From Gemmatimonadales bacterium (GTDB taxonomy: Bacteria; Gemmatimonadota; Gemmatimonadetes; Gemmatimonadales; GWC2-71-9), in assembly GCA_965249575.1 (NCBI GenBank), contig OZ252244.1, positions 2,432,001 through 2,496,000 on the forward strand: a stretch of 64,000 nucleotides of DNA, read 5' to 3'. The notes beneath the pieces were generated by a model. It was not told where the DNA came from and searched no databases. It saw only the letters and a list, made by a program, of their open reading frames with translations. Position 1 is the first letter of the stretch. Each line of letters opens with the position of its first letter. Position numbers and translations under genes: made by a program. Positions 9,914 to 20,038 of this stretch are shown in pieces.

Positions 9914-11023
9914 ATGTTGTTCGCCGCAATGGTTGGCGGTGGGGCGGCCCTGTTGGGTGGCCTGCTCCTGGTAACGTTCAGCCGGGAGGTGCGCTTCGTG
10001 CTCCGAGCGGCGTATGAGGAAGCCGGAATTCTCCTCAGGCGAAGGTCGTTGGACGACGTGCTCGCGGATTCGAGGACGGATCGTGACCTCCAGATCGCCA
10101 TCGGCCTCGTCAAGGCCGCCCGGGTGTTCGGCCAGCGGTCGGTCGGCTTGGAAGTCGGCGAGACCTACACGACGTATAGCCCAGTTGACCGAGACACGCT
10201 CTTGCTTGTCCTCACCGCCAGTCCTCGCAATCGCCTCACGCAGCACGTTTGGCGATACCCGATCGTCGGCTCGATTCCCTACAAAGGGTTCTTTGATCGC
10301 GACGCCGCCCGCCGCGAGGCCGCCTTCCTCGAAGAGCGTGATTACGACACCTACCTTCGGCCGGCCGGCGCCTTCTCCACACTTGGGTGGTTCAACGATC
10401 CTCTTCTCTCGACCGCGGTATCCCGTGACTCAGTGCAGATCGTCGCGACGGTGCTTCACGAGGTCACCCACAACAGCCTGTACGTGCCCAGCGCGGTCGA
10501 TTTCAACGAAAGTCTCGCGCAATTCGTTGGCTACCGATCGACGGAGCTGTTTTTTCGAGAGCGCGGGTCACCCGCAGCGGCGGATCGGGCAGCGGCCATC
10601 TGGCGCGACGAAAAACGGCTGGGCAAGTTCTACGAAACGTTGGCCAGATCACTAGACTCCCTGTACGAGAGCATACAGGGCGGATCCGACCCGATGGCCC
10701 GACGGGAGGGCCTGTTTCAAGCAGCGCGGCAAGCGTTCACCGGCGACTGGGGGAAAAGCCTGGAGGTGTACGATCCGTCGCGGCTAGCGGCCAGGCCCCT
10801 GAACAACGCAAGCGTCATTGCCGCACGGATATATCGCACTCGGCTTGCCCTGTTTGACCACGTGTTCGAGGCGCAGGGTGCAGACCTGCGAAGCACGCTC
10901 GCCAGGATCGTGCGTTCGGTTCGCGAGGCGCCCAATCGAGATCCCTACGACGTTCTCGCGGAGCTTGGCAAGGGGGATGGAATCAGTGTCCGCGAAGCTG
11001 CTCGGCCTCGGCGACCCGTTTGA
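9914..11023 (+). CDS. Putative zinc aminopeptidase (DUF2265-type)
   Basis: WRYPIVGSIPYKGFF, AFSTLGWFNDPLLST, LHEVTHNSLY...FNESLA; N-terminal membrane anchor. Confidence 0.85.
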   Translation: MLFAAMVGGGAALLGGLLLVTFSREVRFVLRAAYEEAGILLRRRSLDDVLADSRTDRDLQIAIGLVKAARVFGQRSVGLEVGETYTTYSPVDRDTLLLVLTASPRNRLTQHVWRYPIVGSIPYKGFFDRDAARREAAFLEERDYDTYLRPAGAFSTLGWFNDPLLSTAVSRDSVQIVATVLHEVTHNSLYVPSAVDFNESLAQFVGYRSTELFFRERGSPAAADRAAAIWRDEKRLGKFYETLARSLDSLYESIQGGSDPMARREGLFQAARQAFTGDWGKSLEVYDPSRLAARPLNNASVIAARIYRTRLALFDHVFEAQGADLRSTLARIVRSVREAPNRDPYDVLAELGKGDGISVREAARPRRPV

Positions 11024-11048
11024 GCGCGATGGCATAGGCAGCCGTTCT

Positions 11049-12248
11049 CTAGGGTACTCCTTTTTCCTGGACGATATCTCGAACACCGTTGTAAGCGGTG
11101 ACCATCTTGGTGAGTAACGTCTGGTTCACCTGCTCGAGGGTCCAGGGATGTTGCTGGAGATTCTGAACCCATTCGAAGTAGCTGACGACGCCGCCGCCGG
11201 CGTTCACGAGAAAATCCGGTAGGACGGTGATTCCGCGCTCCTCGAGAATCTTGTCCGCGATCGGGGTGACCGGGCTGTTGGCCGCTTCCACCACCACCTT
11301 ACAGTCGATGGTAGCAGCGTTCTCTTCTTTGTTGATAACCGCGCCCAGCGCCGCTGGCACCAACCATTCACAGGGGATGGTCAGCAACTGGTCGTTGGTA
11401 ATCCGATCGCCTCCCGGGAACTCGCCGACAGATTTCCGCTCGACGTATCCGTGTTCGAACAGCTTGGGGATGTCCAGCCCGCCCTCGTTGTACAGGGCGC
11501 CGTCTACATCACTGACGGCGACGATCTTGGCACCGAGCTCGTGCAGGAGACGTGAGAAATGGGCTCCTACGTTCCCAAAACCCTGGACCACCACCCGGCC
11601 GCCCTTAATCGGAATACCAGAGTCACGGGCGTATTCCTGCATGATGTAGACGACACCACGTCCGGTCGCTTCTTCCCGCCCGAGTGATCCGCCCAGCGCC
11701 ACCGGCTTGCCGGTGACAACTGCTGGGGAGTATCCCTTGCGCGCGGAGTACTCGTCGAGGACCCAGGCCATGACCCGTGCATTCGTGTTCATGTCCGGAG
11801 CTGGAATGTCCCGATAGGGTCCCAGCATGATGGCGATGCGGCCTATGAAGCTTCGCGTGACCTTCTCTAGCTCGCTTGCCGAGAGCGCGCGCGCATTGAC
11901 CTGGACGCCCCCCTTGGCACCGCCAAATGGGATATCGACGAGGGCGGTCTTCCACGTCATTGTGGTGGCGAGGCCAAGCACCTCGTTCTCGTCCGCCTCG
12001 GGGTGAAATCGGATCCCACCCTTGTACGGCCCCCGCGAACCGTTGTGCTGGACGCGGTAACCCCGGAATACTTCGATGTGTCCGTCGTCCATGCGAACAG
12101 GCACTTCGACCGCCAGGGACCGAAACGGACCGACGAGAAGGCGGCGCATGTACTCTTCGAGACCTACGAGCTCTGCCGCCAAGTCGAACTGGCTCTTGAC
12201 GATGATCCGTGTGCTCAGACTTTGTCGTGCCGAAGGTGGCGATGTCAT
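11049..12248 (-). CDS. gdhA: Glu/Leu/Phe/Val dehydrogenase (glutamate dehydrogenase). TAG at 11049-11051 appears premature; the frame continues to 10983.
   Basis: GPYKGGIRFHP, GGAKGG, DIPAPDMNT, GREEATGRG, QGFGNVG, EAANSP, SYFEWVQN; RTAAYAIALKRVAEAEQLRGH follows the TAG in frame. Confidence 0.92.
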   Translation of the reverse strand: MTSPPSARQSLSTRIIVKSQFDLAAELVGLEEYMRRLLVGPFRSLAVEVPVRMDDGHIEVFRGYRVQHNGSRGPYKGGIRFHPEADENEVLGLATTMTWKTALVDIPFGGAKGGVQVNARALSASELEKVTRSFIGRIAIMLGPYRDIPAPDMNTNARVMAWVLDEYSARKGYSPAVVTGKPVALGGSLGREEATGRGVVYIMQEYARDSGIPIKGGRVVVQGFGNVGAHFSRLLHELGAKIVAVSDVDGALYNEGGLDIPKLFEHGYVERKSVGEFPGGDRITNDQLLTIPCEWLVPAALGAVINKEENAATIDCKVVVEAANSPVTPIADKILEERGITVLPDFLVNAGGGVVSYFEWVQNLQQHPWTLEQVNQTLLTKMVTAYNGVRDIVQEKGVP

Positions 12249-12564
12249 GGTCGATCCCGAGGTCTGGACGCTCTCAAAGTACTCGGCGCCGGGCGGCCGT
12301 GGCCAGGCGCTCCATCGGGTGGGCACGGAATCCCCGGCCACGGGTGGGCCTCGAGTACCGGATAGCCGTTGGGGAGCGTTTGGTCCCTTATGCTCGTAGC
12401 GGTACAATCACAGGACTGTTTTCGGCCGGTTCGGGTGCCTTCTGTAGCTGAGCGGCAGGGCTGGATCTCCGGCTCCCCCAGCCCCGGGCGGTCGGAGTTG
12501 CGTATCTGCCTGCCGATGGCGCCGCGTTACCGCTGCGGATCGGCTGATTCAGGAGGTGTGACCA

Positions 12565-14613
12565 ATGCCGAATCGGCTAGCTGGGGAATCCAGTCCCTAC
12601 CTGCTCCAGCATGCCGATAATCCGGTCGACTGGTACCCGTGGGGCGAGGAGGCTCTCTCGCGGGCGAGCGCCGAGGGGAAACCGATCTTCTTGAGTGTTG
12701 GATATGCCGCATGCCACTGGTGCCATGTGATGGCGCATGAGTCCTTCGAGGACGTGGAGACCGCCACGTTCATGAACGAGCGGTTCGTGAACGTCAAAGT
12801 GGACCGGGAGGAGCGGACGGACCTCGACCAGATCTATATGAAAGCCGTCGTCGCGATGTCAGGGCACGGGGGGTGGCCCATGAGCGTCTGGCTCACCCCG
12901 AATGGCGTCCCATTCTATGGCGGCACCTACTTCCCACCCGCCCCCCGGCACGGCATGCCCTCGTTCAAGCAGGTGCTGTCCGCGCTCGCGGATGCCTGGG
13001 AAAACCGGCGGGAAACCATCGAACGGGCCACCTCCGAGTTCCAGGAGCGCCTCGCCTTGGAAAGCGCGCTGAGCCCCGGCCCGCACGGAAGACCACTCTC
13101 GTCGGCTGCGAGTGAGGCGGTTCGCGTTCTCCAAGCAGGTTTTGATCGGGCGAATGGGGGGTGGGGCGGTGCGCCGAAGTTCCCGCAGCCGATGACGATC
13201 GAGTTCCTCTTGCGGCACCACGCGCGAACCGGCGACGAGACGGCCCGGACGATGGCGGAGCGCACGCTGAAGGCAATGGCAGGGGGCGGGATCTACGACC
13301 ATCTGGGAGGCGGGTTCCATCGGTACACCGTAGACGCAATCTGGCTGGTGCCGCACTTCGAGAAGATGTTGTACGACAATGCGCAGCTGGCCCGCGTTTA
13401 CCTCCATGCGTGGCAAGCGACCGGAGAGCCACTCTATCAGCGCGTGGTTTCCGAGACACTCGACTACGTATTACGAGAGATGACTCATTCTTCCGGCGGG
13501 TTCTTCAGCGCGCAAGACGCGGACTCTGAAGGGGAGGAAGGCAAGTTCTACGTCTGGTCTGCCTCGGAGGTGACGGAGGCTCTGGGGGCCAACGAGGCGC
13601 CCGCGTTCTGTAGTGCCTTTGGGGTATCACCGAGCGGCAACTTCGAGGGAAAGAACATACTGTATGCCGCGAAGGATGTGGCCGAGGTGGCGGTCGGGTT
13701 GGGAGGCGGTCACGGTTCGATCGGGGAGTCGTTGAACGCGTCCCGACACCGGCTGCTGAGCTTTCGGGCGAAGCGGATTCCGCCTGCACGAGACGAGAAG
13801 GTTCTCACCGCCTGGAACGGACTCATGCTCGCGGCTCTCGCGGAAGCAGCACGTGCCCTCCCAAGCCAAGCGTATAAGGAGGCCGCGATTCGGAACGCGG
13901 AGTTCATCCTGGAAGAGCTTCGAACCTCAGAGGGGCGTCTTCGGCGATCGTGGACCGAGGCCACCGGATCACGATTGAATGCGTACCTAGAGGACTATAC
14001 CCACCTGATCGACGGGCTACTGGAGTTGTACCAAACGACGTTTGAGGAGCGCTGGTTCGTGGCGGCGCGCTCGCTGGCCGACACGCTGCTCGCACGTTTC
14101 GCTGCGACCGACGGGTCGTTCTACGACACGAGCGACGACCACGAGGTGCTCGTCGTGCGCCCGCGCGACCTCCAGGACAACGCGGTTCCCTCCGGAAACG
14201 CAATGGCTGCGACCTGTCTGCTCCGACTGGCGGCGTATACGGCAGACGCGCGGTATCTCCAGGCGGCGGAGGCCCCCCTCGGCCTTGTGCAGGCGGCGGC
14301 TCAGCGATTTCCGAATGCGTTTGGTCAGTGGCTGTCGGCACTCGAGTTCGCCGTCGGGGACCCGCGGGAAGTTGCCGTCCTGGGTGCGCCGGGAGATGCA
14401 GCAACCAACGAGATGCTACAGTTGCTCAGGACCGGGTTCAGACCCAACCAGGTGATTGCCCTCGCGGCTTCGGGCGAGGGATCCGCGATTCCGCTCCTGG
14501 CGTCGCGGGGAGCGGCGGCAACAACGCCTACCGCGTTCGTGTGTCGCGGTCACCGGTGCGGGCTGCCGGCCACCGACGTCCTGGCGCTAAAGGAGCAACT
14601 GGGCGAGGGGTAA
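12565..14613 (+). CDS. Thioredoxin-domain protein YyaL/SSP411 (DUF255) family
   Basis: [81 protein letters not shown]. Confidence 0.93.
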   Translation: MPNRLAGESSPYLLQHADNPVDWYPWGEEALSRASAEGKPIFLSVGYAACHWCHVMAHESFEDVETATFMNERFVNVKVDREERTDLDQIYMKAVVAMSGHGGWPMSVWLTPNGVPFYGGTYFPPAPRHGMPSFKQVLSALADAWENRRETIERATSEFQERLALESALSPGPHGRPLSSAASEAVRVLQAGFDRANGGWGGAPKFPQPMTIEFLLRHHARTGDETARTMAERTLKAMAGGGIYDHLGGGFHRYTVDAIWLVPHFEKMLYDNAQLARVYLHAWQATGEPLYQRVVSETLDYVLREMTHSSGGFFSAQDADSEGEEGKFYVWSASEVTEALGANEAPAFCSAFGVSPSGNFEGKNILYAAKDVAEVAVGLGGGHGSIGESLNASRHRLLSFRAKRIPPARDEKVLTAWNGLMLAALAEAARALPSQAYKEAAIRNAEFILEELRTSEGRLRRSWTEATGSRLNAYLEDYTHLIDGLLELYQTTFEERWFVAARSLADTLLARFAATDGSFYDTSDDHEVLVVRPRDLQDNAVPSGNAMAATCLLRLAAYTADARYLQAAEAPLGLVQAAAQRFPNAFGQWLSALEFAVGDPREVAVLGAPGDAATNEMLQLLRTGFRPNQVIALAASGEGSAIPLLASRGAAATTPTAFVCRGHRCGLPATDVLALKEQLGEG

Positions 14614-14618
14614 GAACG

Positions 14619-14972
14619 TCAGGCGCCCGCTGTATCCGCCATCGTGGAGCGTGTCTGCTCCGCGATGGCTTCGGCTTTGACGCCACGATGAGAGTCGCTC
14701 CATCGCGGCAGGCCCTTTCTCAGGACGAAGACTTGCGGCGACTCGTGCTGCACGCCGAACGTCTCGGCCACGCGGTCGGAAAGTTCCCGCTCTGCCAGGA
14801 CGTCCAGTGTGTAGACTGGCACTCCGTCGTGGTCGGTCGCGAACTGTTCGACTTGCCGGTAGGCCATTGCGCTCAGCCCGCACGCCGGGCTGTGCTTGTA
14901 GAGGACCGCGACGTCCTCCTCTAGCAGTTCGTTCAAGTCGCTTTCAACCGATAGACGCTTCAATGGGCTCAT
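14619..14972 (-). CDS. ytxJ: Monothiol thioredoxin-fold protein, YtxJ/BrxC (DUF2847) family
   Basis: YKHSPACGLS and GVQHESPQ motifs. Confidence 0.85.
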   Translation of the reverse strand: MSPLKRLSVESDLNELLEEDVAVLYKHSPACGLSAMAYRQVEQFATDHDGVPVYTLDVLAERELSDRVAETFGVQHESPQVFVLRKGLPRWSDSHRGVKAEAIAEQTRSTMADTAGA

Positions 14973-15097
14973 GCGGGCTCCACGAGTAAATGTAGGTCCC
15001 GGCATCAAGGTGCCGTTCCTCTACCAAAGTCGATGGTATACCGAAAGGTTCCCGGTCTGGACCGATTAGTGGAGCTCGGTCGCTGCCGTCCGCTGCG

Positions 15098-15355
15098 CTA
15101 GCCTGGCTCGCGGCGGGCGCGCTCGATTGCCGCCGATACCTTGTCCGCGAGCGACGGGGGGAGAGAGAGCTTTCGCAGCTTTAGCTTCAGCTCCTCGAGG
15201 ACGGTCGCTTCGAAATCGTGCTGGTCGGCGCATGGAGCACAGTCGTCGAGGTGCTGCTCCAGCGCGGCGACGTCGTTGGGGCTCAGTTCCCGATCCAAAT
15301 AATCGTTTAACTGTCGGAAGACCTCCTCACACGTGTAGCGGCCCAGGTCAGCCAT
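15098..15355 (-). CDS. Zinc-binding anti-sigma factor (zf-HC2, RshA/RsrA-like)
   Basis: CEEVFRQLNDYLDREL...HLDDCAPC (HxxxCxxC); overlaps the 3' end of the ECF sigma gene. Confidence 0.9.
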   Translation of the reverse strand: MADLGRYTCEEVFRQLNDYLDRELSPNDVAALEQHLDDCAPCADQHDFEATVLEELKLKLRKLSLPPSLADKVSAAIERARREPG

Positions 15356-15956
15356 GTGAACCGCCCTCCGATGACGGAACGAGACCGTGGTCTACCGCGA
15401 GTTGCCAGAGGTGCTTCTGCAGCAGCTTCCGGCCACGATGCAATCGAGAGCGCACGGTTCCGATGGGAATGTCCAGAATGTTCGCCATCTCCTCGTACGA
15501 CATGTCCTGTGCGAAGAACAGCGTCGCGACCACGCGGTATTCCTCGGGGAGTGTCTCGACGGCGGTTGCGACCTGGTCGGCGTCGAGTCGGTTCATGAAG
15601 GCCCTGGCCGGATCGGCGTCGGCCTCATGCAGTCCGACCTCGGCGGTGCGGTCGAAGAGGTAGTGTTCGGGGATCTCCTCAATGGTTACCGCCGAACCCT
15701 CCCGCTTCTGCTTCCGGCCCTTGGTATAGTACAGATTCGTCAGTATACGAAAGAGCCACGCCTTGAAATTGGTTCCAGGCCTGAACGTCTTGAAGCCGCG
15801 ATATGCGTTGAAAGCGGCCTCCTGCACCAGATCCTCCGCGTCGACCACGTTGCCGGTCAGGCGCAGCGCGTACCGGTAGGCCGGCTGGAGTTGGGGGATG
15901 AGCAGCCCGTCGAACGTGTCGTCCGGCGCGCTGTTCCCCGTCGAGCCGTCCGTCAT
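15348..15956 (-). CDS. ECF sigma factor, SigH/SigR-like
   Basis: DAEDLVQE, FRPGTNFKAWLFRILTN, SYEEMANILDIPIGTVRSRLHRGRKLLQ. Confidence 0.92.
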   Translation of the reverse strand: MTDGSTGNSAPDDTFDGLLIPQLQPAYRYALRLTGNVVDAEDLVQEAAFNAYRGFKTFRPGTNFKAWLFRILTNLYYTKGRKQKREGSAVTIEEIPEHYLFDRTAEVGLHEADADPARAFMNRLDADQVATAVETLPEEYRVVATLFFAQDMSYEEMANILDIPIGTVRSRLHRGRKLLQKHLWQLAVDHGLVPSSEGGSHG

Positions 15957-16159
15957 GTCGCCGATCGGGGTGCCGGCCCAGCGTTGCCACAGGGTCTTTC
16001 GGGCGTCGTGACATGTCGCTGGCGGTTGGGCATCGCGATCCTCTAACGCGGGTTCGAGTGAGTCGGGTGGTTTCGGGTGCTGCGGACGCAAGGCAGCCTT
16101 ATGAAAGCCTGGAGTTACGCCTCGCGCAACCGCGAACCGGGCGTTCCATCCCGTTGCGC

Positions 16160-16915
16160 TCACTCGCCGGATGGCACCTCCGCCCCGGTGTATGCGTCCC
16201 GGTCCACTAGCCACGCCAGGGACTCCCGAGCCCGGATTCCTGCCGCCGGATAACGGTCGGTGGGGGGGGGGGACGGCCCGAGTAATGCGCTGAGAGCCGG
16301 GTGTTTGCCGGCTCCAGCGACGAGGAACAGCACGTGACGGGCTCTGTTCAGCAACGGGTACGTGAGCGTGATCCTAAGGATCGGGCGGAGGTGTGCGGGG
16401 CCGACGACCGGACGGACCCAACGTTCCCGCTCGCCGATCACCTCGCTGCCGGGAAACAGCGATGCAGTGTGTCCATCCTCTCCGACGCCCAGCAGGGCAA
16501 GATCGAAGGACGGTTGGTCCGGCTTCACGGCGAAGAACTTCCGCAAGCAGTCCTCGTAATCCTGTGCGGCGTCCTCGATGGGTGTACACTCGGCCGGGAT
16601 GCGATGCACGTTACCCTCGGGGAGCGGGACCTGCGCCAGCAGGGTCCGCCGGGCGAGGGCGTAATTGCTATCCGCATGGTCGGGAGGCACACAGCGCTCG
16701 TCTCCCCAAAAAACGTGCACGCGGCGCCAATCAATCGGCCCGTTTCGATCACGGGCCAGATTCTCGTACAGGATGGATGGAGTCGAGCCGCCCGCTAGGG
16801 CGACGGTCGCGCGGCCAAAAGCCGATACCGCGGCATCGACGATGGTGCGGAACCGGCGAGTCGCCTCCAGCGCCAGTGCCGTGCGATCTCGCTCCACCAC
16901 GATTTCGGGCCTCAT
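16160..16915 (-). CDS. pgl: 6-phosphogluconolactonase
   Basis: ALAGGSTP, FWGDERCVPPDHADSNY, LLGVGEDGHTASLFP, RITLT; ATGA overlap with zwf. Confidence 0.95.
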   Translation of the reverse strand: MRPEIVVERDRTALALEATRRFRTIVDAAVSAFGRATVALAGGSTPSILYENLARDRNGPIDWRRVHVFWGDERCVPPDHADSNYALARRTLLAQVPLPEGNVHRIPAECTPIEDAAQDYEDCLRKFFAVKPDQPSFDLALLGVGEDGHTASLFPGSEVIGERERWVRPVVGPAHLRPILRITLTYPLLNRARHVLFLVAGAGKHPALSALLGPSPPPTDRYPAAGIRARESLAWLVDRDAYTGAEVPSGE

Positions 16916-18371
16916 CGCGGATTCCTGAGCTCGGTTCCTTCCGGCAGTATGCGGGCTACGTCCGCTGGCCCCCATGAGCCGGCGGCGTAGGGATGCACCG
17001 CGAGCTTTCCGTCCATCAGCGGTTCGAACAGCGCCCAGGCCGCTTCGACTTCGTCCGCATGGACGAACAGTGTTTGATCTCCCTCCATCACGTCTCGAAT
17101 CAGAGTCTGGTAGGCCTCGGGAAGGGCGCTGAATTTCTCGTCATAGCTGAAGTGAAGGGGGAGCGACGCGACTCGAAACGGCTCACCCGGTGCCTTGACG
17201 CCAAAATGAAGCTCGAAGCCCTCGTCCGGCTGAAGTCTGAGGACGAGCACATTCGGTTCGATGTCGCAGTCTCCTACCGTCTCGAACATGCAGACCGGAG
17301 GCCTGCGAAACATCACGGCGATCTCGGTGAGCCGTTTTGGGAGCCGTTTACCAGTTCGCAGAATGAAGGGGACGCCTTGCCACCTCCAGGTGTCCACGTC
17401 GAGGCGCAGGGCGGCGAACGTCTCCGTCGAGGAATCCGGCGCCACGTCGAGCTCGTCACGGTAGGCTGGCAGCTTGTCTCCATTGGACTCGCCCGCCGCG
17501 TACTGTCCCAAGACGACGTCGTCGGGACGAATGGAACCCACGGACCGCAACACCTTTGTCTTTTCGGTGCGGATCGCGTCCGCCTCAAATGCCGATGGTA
17601 CTTCCATGGCGACCAGGGCCAGGAGTTGTGCGAGATGATTCTGGACCATGTCACGGAGGGCACCTGCTCGTTCGTAGTAGGCCGCTCTCCGTTCCACGCC
17701 TAGGTCTTCCGCAACGGTGATCTCAACACAGCCTACGTGGTTCCGATTCCAGAGCGACTCAAAAAACGCATTCGCGAACCGCAGGACCAGGAGATTCTGA
17801 ACGGTTTCCTTGCCCAGGTAGTGGTCGATTCGATACACCTGCGATTCGTCGAACCACTGATGGATGAGTTGGTTGAGCTCACGTGCGGAGGAGAGGTCTC
17901 TCCCAAACGGCTTTTCAACCACGAGGCGCGTCCACCCCTCGCTTCGATTGAGCCCGGCCTCGGCGAGACCACCGATCGTCGTCGCGAACGCCCCGGGGGG
18001 GAGCGCGATATAGAAGACCCGATTTCCGGGCAGCCTCTCCCTATCTTCGATGGCCCGGATCCGTTCGCTGAGCGCATGGAACCCTTCGGTGCCTTTCCCG
18101 ATCCCCTCGTAGAAGATCGCCCCGTCGACCCACGCATCGACGTCTCCGGACGAATCCTCCCTCGCGAGCCCCTCTTTGACCCAGTCACGGTACGCGGCAT
18201 CGTCCAGCGAGCGGTCGCGGGCGACGCCGAGCACCCGAAAGGTCTTCCTAGCTCGTTCGTGACGCTCGAGCTCGTAGAGCGCTGGCATGATCTTGCGCCG
18301 CGCGAGATCATGCCGGTGCCCCCGAAAATCACGAAGAGGCACTGCTCCCGAACCGACTCCCCTACGCTCAT
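16912..18371 (-). CDS. zwf: Glucose-6-phosphate 1-dehydrogenase, frameshifted near 18310
   Basis: MSVGESVREQCLFVIFGGTG in one frame, then DLARRKIMPALY, EKPFGRD, RIDHYLGKETVQN, RDMVQNH in another; 2 extra nt between GTG and DL. Confidence 0.93.
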
Positions 18372-19273
18372 GAGCCCTTGACGGCGTGCCCACCGAACTG
18401 GTTGCGCATGGCCGATAGAAGGCGGTCTGCATAGGACTCGTCGTCGCGCGAGCGGAGACGCTGGATCAGGGACAGCGTGATGACTGGCGAGGGTACGTCC
18501 AGATCGACCGCTTCGGCCACCGTCCACCGACCCTCTCCTGAGTCGGGAACGTACGGAGCGATAGCCTCGAGATCTGCGTCCTCCTTGAGGGCGTTCGCCG
18601 TGAGATCCAGCAACCAGGATCGAACGACGCTGCCGTATCGCCAGATCTCCGCGATTTCCGCAAGGTCTAATTGGAACTCTTCCTTCTTCTTCAGAATCGC
18701 GAACCCTTCCGCATATGCCTGCATCATGCCGTACTCGATCCCGTTGTGGATCATCTTCACGAAGTGGCCGGCGCCCCACGGCCCCACGCGGCCCCACCCC
18801 TGATCCTGAGCGGGCGCCAGCGTCTCGAAGATCGGGGCCAGGCGATTGACCACCTCAACCTCTCCACCGACCATGAGGCTGTACCCCTCCCGTAGTCCCC
18901 AGACTCCGCCGGACGTCCCCGCGTCCACGAAATGGATTCCTTTCTCGTGGAGGTCCGCGCCCCGGCGCGCCGAATCTTTGTAATTGCTATTGCCGCCGTC
19001 GATAATCGTGTCGCCCGACACAAGCTGGGCAGCGAGCGCCCGTACCGTTTCGTCCGTGGGGGTGCCGGCAGGAACCATTACCCAGACCGCTCGAGGGGGA
19101 GACAGCTGACCGACGAGGTCCTCGAGCGACTTGGCTGGAACCGCGCCGCTCTTCCCTACCTTGGCGACCGCCTTCGGGTCCCGGTCGAAAACCACGACCC
19201 GATGCTTCCCCTGACCCAGGCGCGTGGTCATGTTCGCTCCCATTTTCCCGAGGCCGATCATCCCGAGTTCCAT
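18368..19273 (-). CDS. gnd: Decarboxylating 6-phosphogluconate dehydrogenase (short YqeC type)
   Basis: GMIGLGKMG, IDGGNS, DAGTSGG, GHFVKMIHNGIEYG, DSGEGRW, MRNQFGGHAV. Confidence 0.96.
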   Translation of the reverse strand: MELGMIGLGKMGANMTTRLGQGKHRVVVFDRDPKAVAKVGKSGAVPAKSLEDLVGQLSPPRAVWVMVPAGTPTDETVRALAAQLVSGDTIIDGGNSNYKDSARRGADLHEKGIHFVDAGTSGGVWGLREGYSLMVGGEVEVVNRLAPIFETLAPAQDQGWGRVGPWGAGHFVKMIHNGIEYGMMQAYAEGFAILKKKEEFQLDLAEIAEIWRYGSVVRSWLLDLTANALKEDADLEAIAPYVPDSGEGRWTVAEAVDLDVPSPVITLSLIQRLRSRDDESYADRLLSAMRNQFGGHAVKGS

Positions 19274-19294
19274 CTCAAGGGCTCCTTTCGCTGG

Positions 19295-20038
19295 TCAGAC
19301 GGCGGCGTGCAGGGCGACGGCTTCGTCGGCGATCGCCTCGAGAGTAGCCAGGTCGTCGACGATCCACCGCGGCTCGAGGACGTCGGCTGCGTGGATCGCT
19401 TCCCGGGTGTAATCGTTGGTCACGGCAATGCAGGGCATGTTTGCCGCGAGCGCTGCACGTACGCCCGATGGGGAGTCCTCGATGACGAGGCAATCGCTGA
19501 CGCACGTCGCGATCGCCGAGGCCACGTGGAGATAAATCTCCGGATCCGGCTTTCCGTGGCGCACATCCTCACGGGTGGCCGTGTGGTCGAACAGGGGGGT
19601 GAGCTTGAGGATATCCAACACCCGGGACGCCTGTTCTCGATAGGACATCGTGGCGAGACCGGTCTTATAGCTCTGTCCGCGCACTCTTTCGAGGAGCGCG
19701 GTATTGAACGGGCAGAGATGGGCACGCAATACGGCGCGATCGCGGAGCATCGCGTCGTAGATCTCGAGCCGAATGGCCAAGAAAGCCTCGCGCGGCGACT
19801 CTACCCCCAGCTCGGCCATACGGGCTCCCGCTTGGGTCTCGAGCGCGAACCACCCGAGCAGCGCAGCGGCGACGCGCTGGCGAGGCAATCCTACGACTTC
19901 TTTGAACCGGTCCAGGACCTCCTCCTCGCTCACGGCGCCCGGACGCAGCGCCGCCGCCGCCCTCGCGTACGAGCGCGCCTTGAGGGCTTCCGTCTGAACA
20001 AGCGTCCCGTCCAGATCGAAGATGAAAGCTCGGATCAT
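19295..20038 (-). CDS. HAD-family phosphatase (beta-phosphoglucomutase-like)
   Basis: FIFDLDGTLV, GKPDPEIY, VIEDSPSG. Confidence 0.9.
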   Translation of the reverse strand: MIRAFIFDLDGTLVQTEALKARSYARAAAALRPGAVSEEEVLDRFKEVVGLPRQRVAAALLGWFALETQAGARMAELGVESPREAFLAIRLEIYDAMLRDRAVLRAHLCPFNTALLERVRGQSYKTGLATMSYREQASRVLDILKLTPLFDHTATREDVRHGKPDPEIYLHVASAIATCVSDCLVIEDSPSGVRAALAANMPCIAVTNDYTREAIHAADVLEPRWIVDDLATLEAIADEAVALHAAV

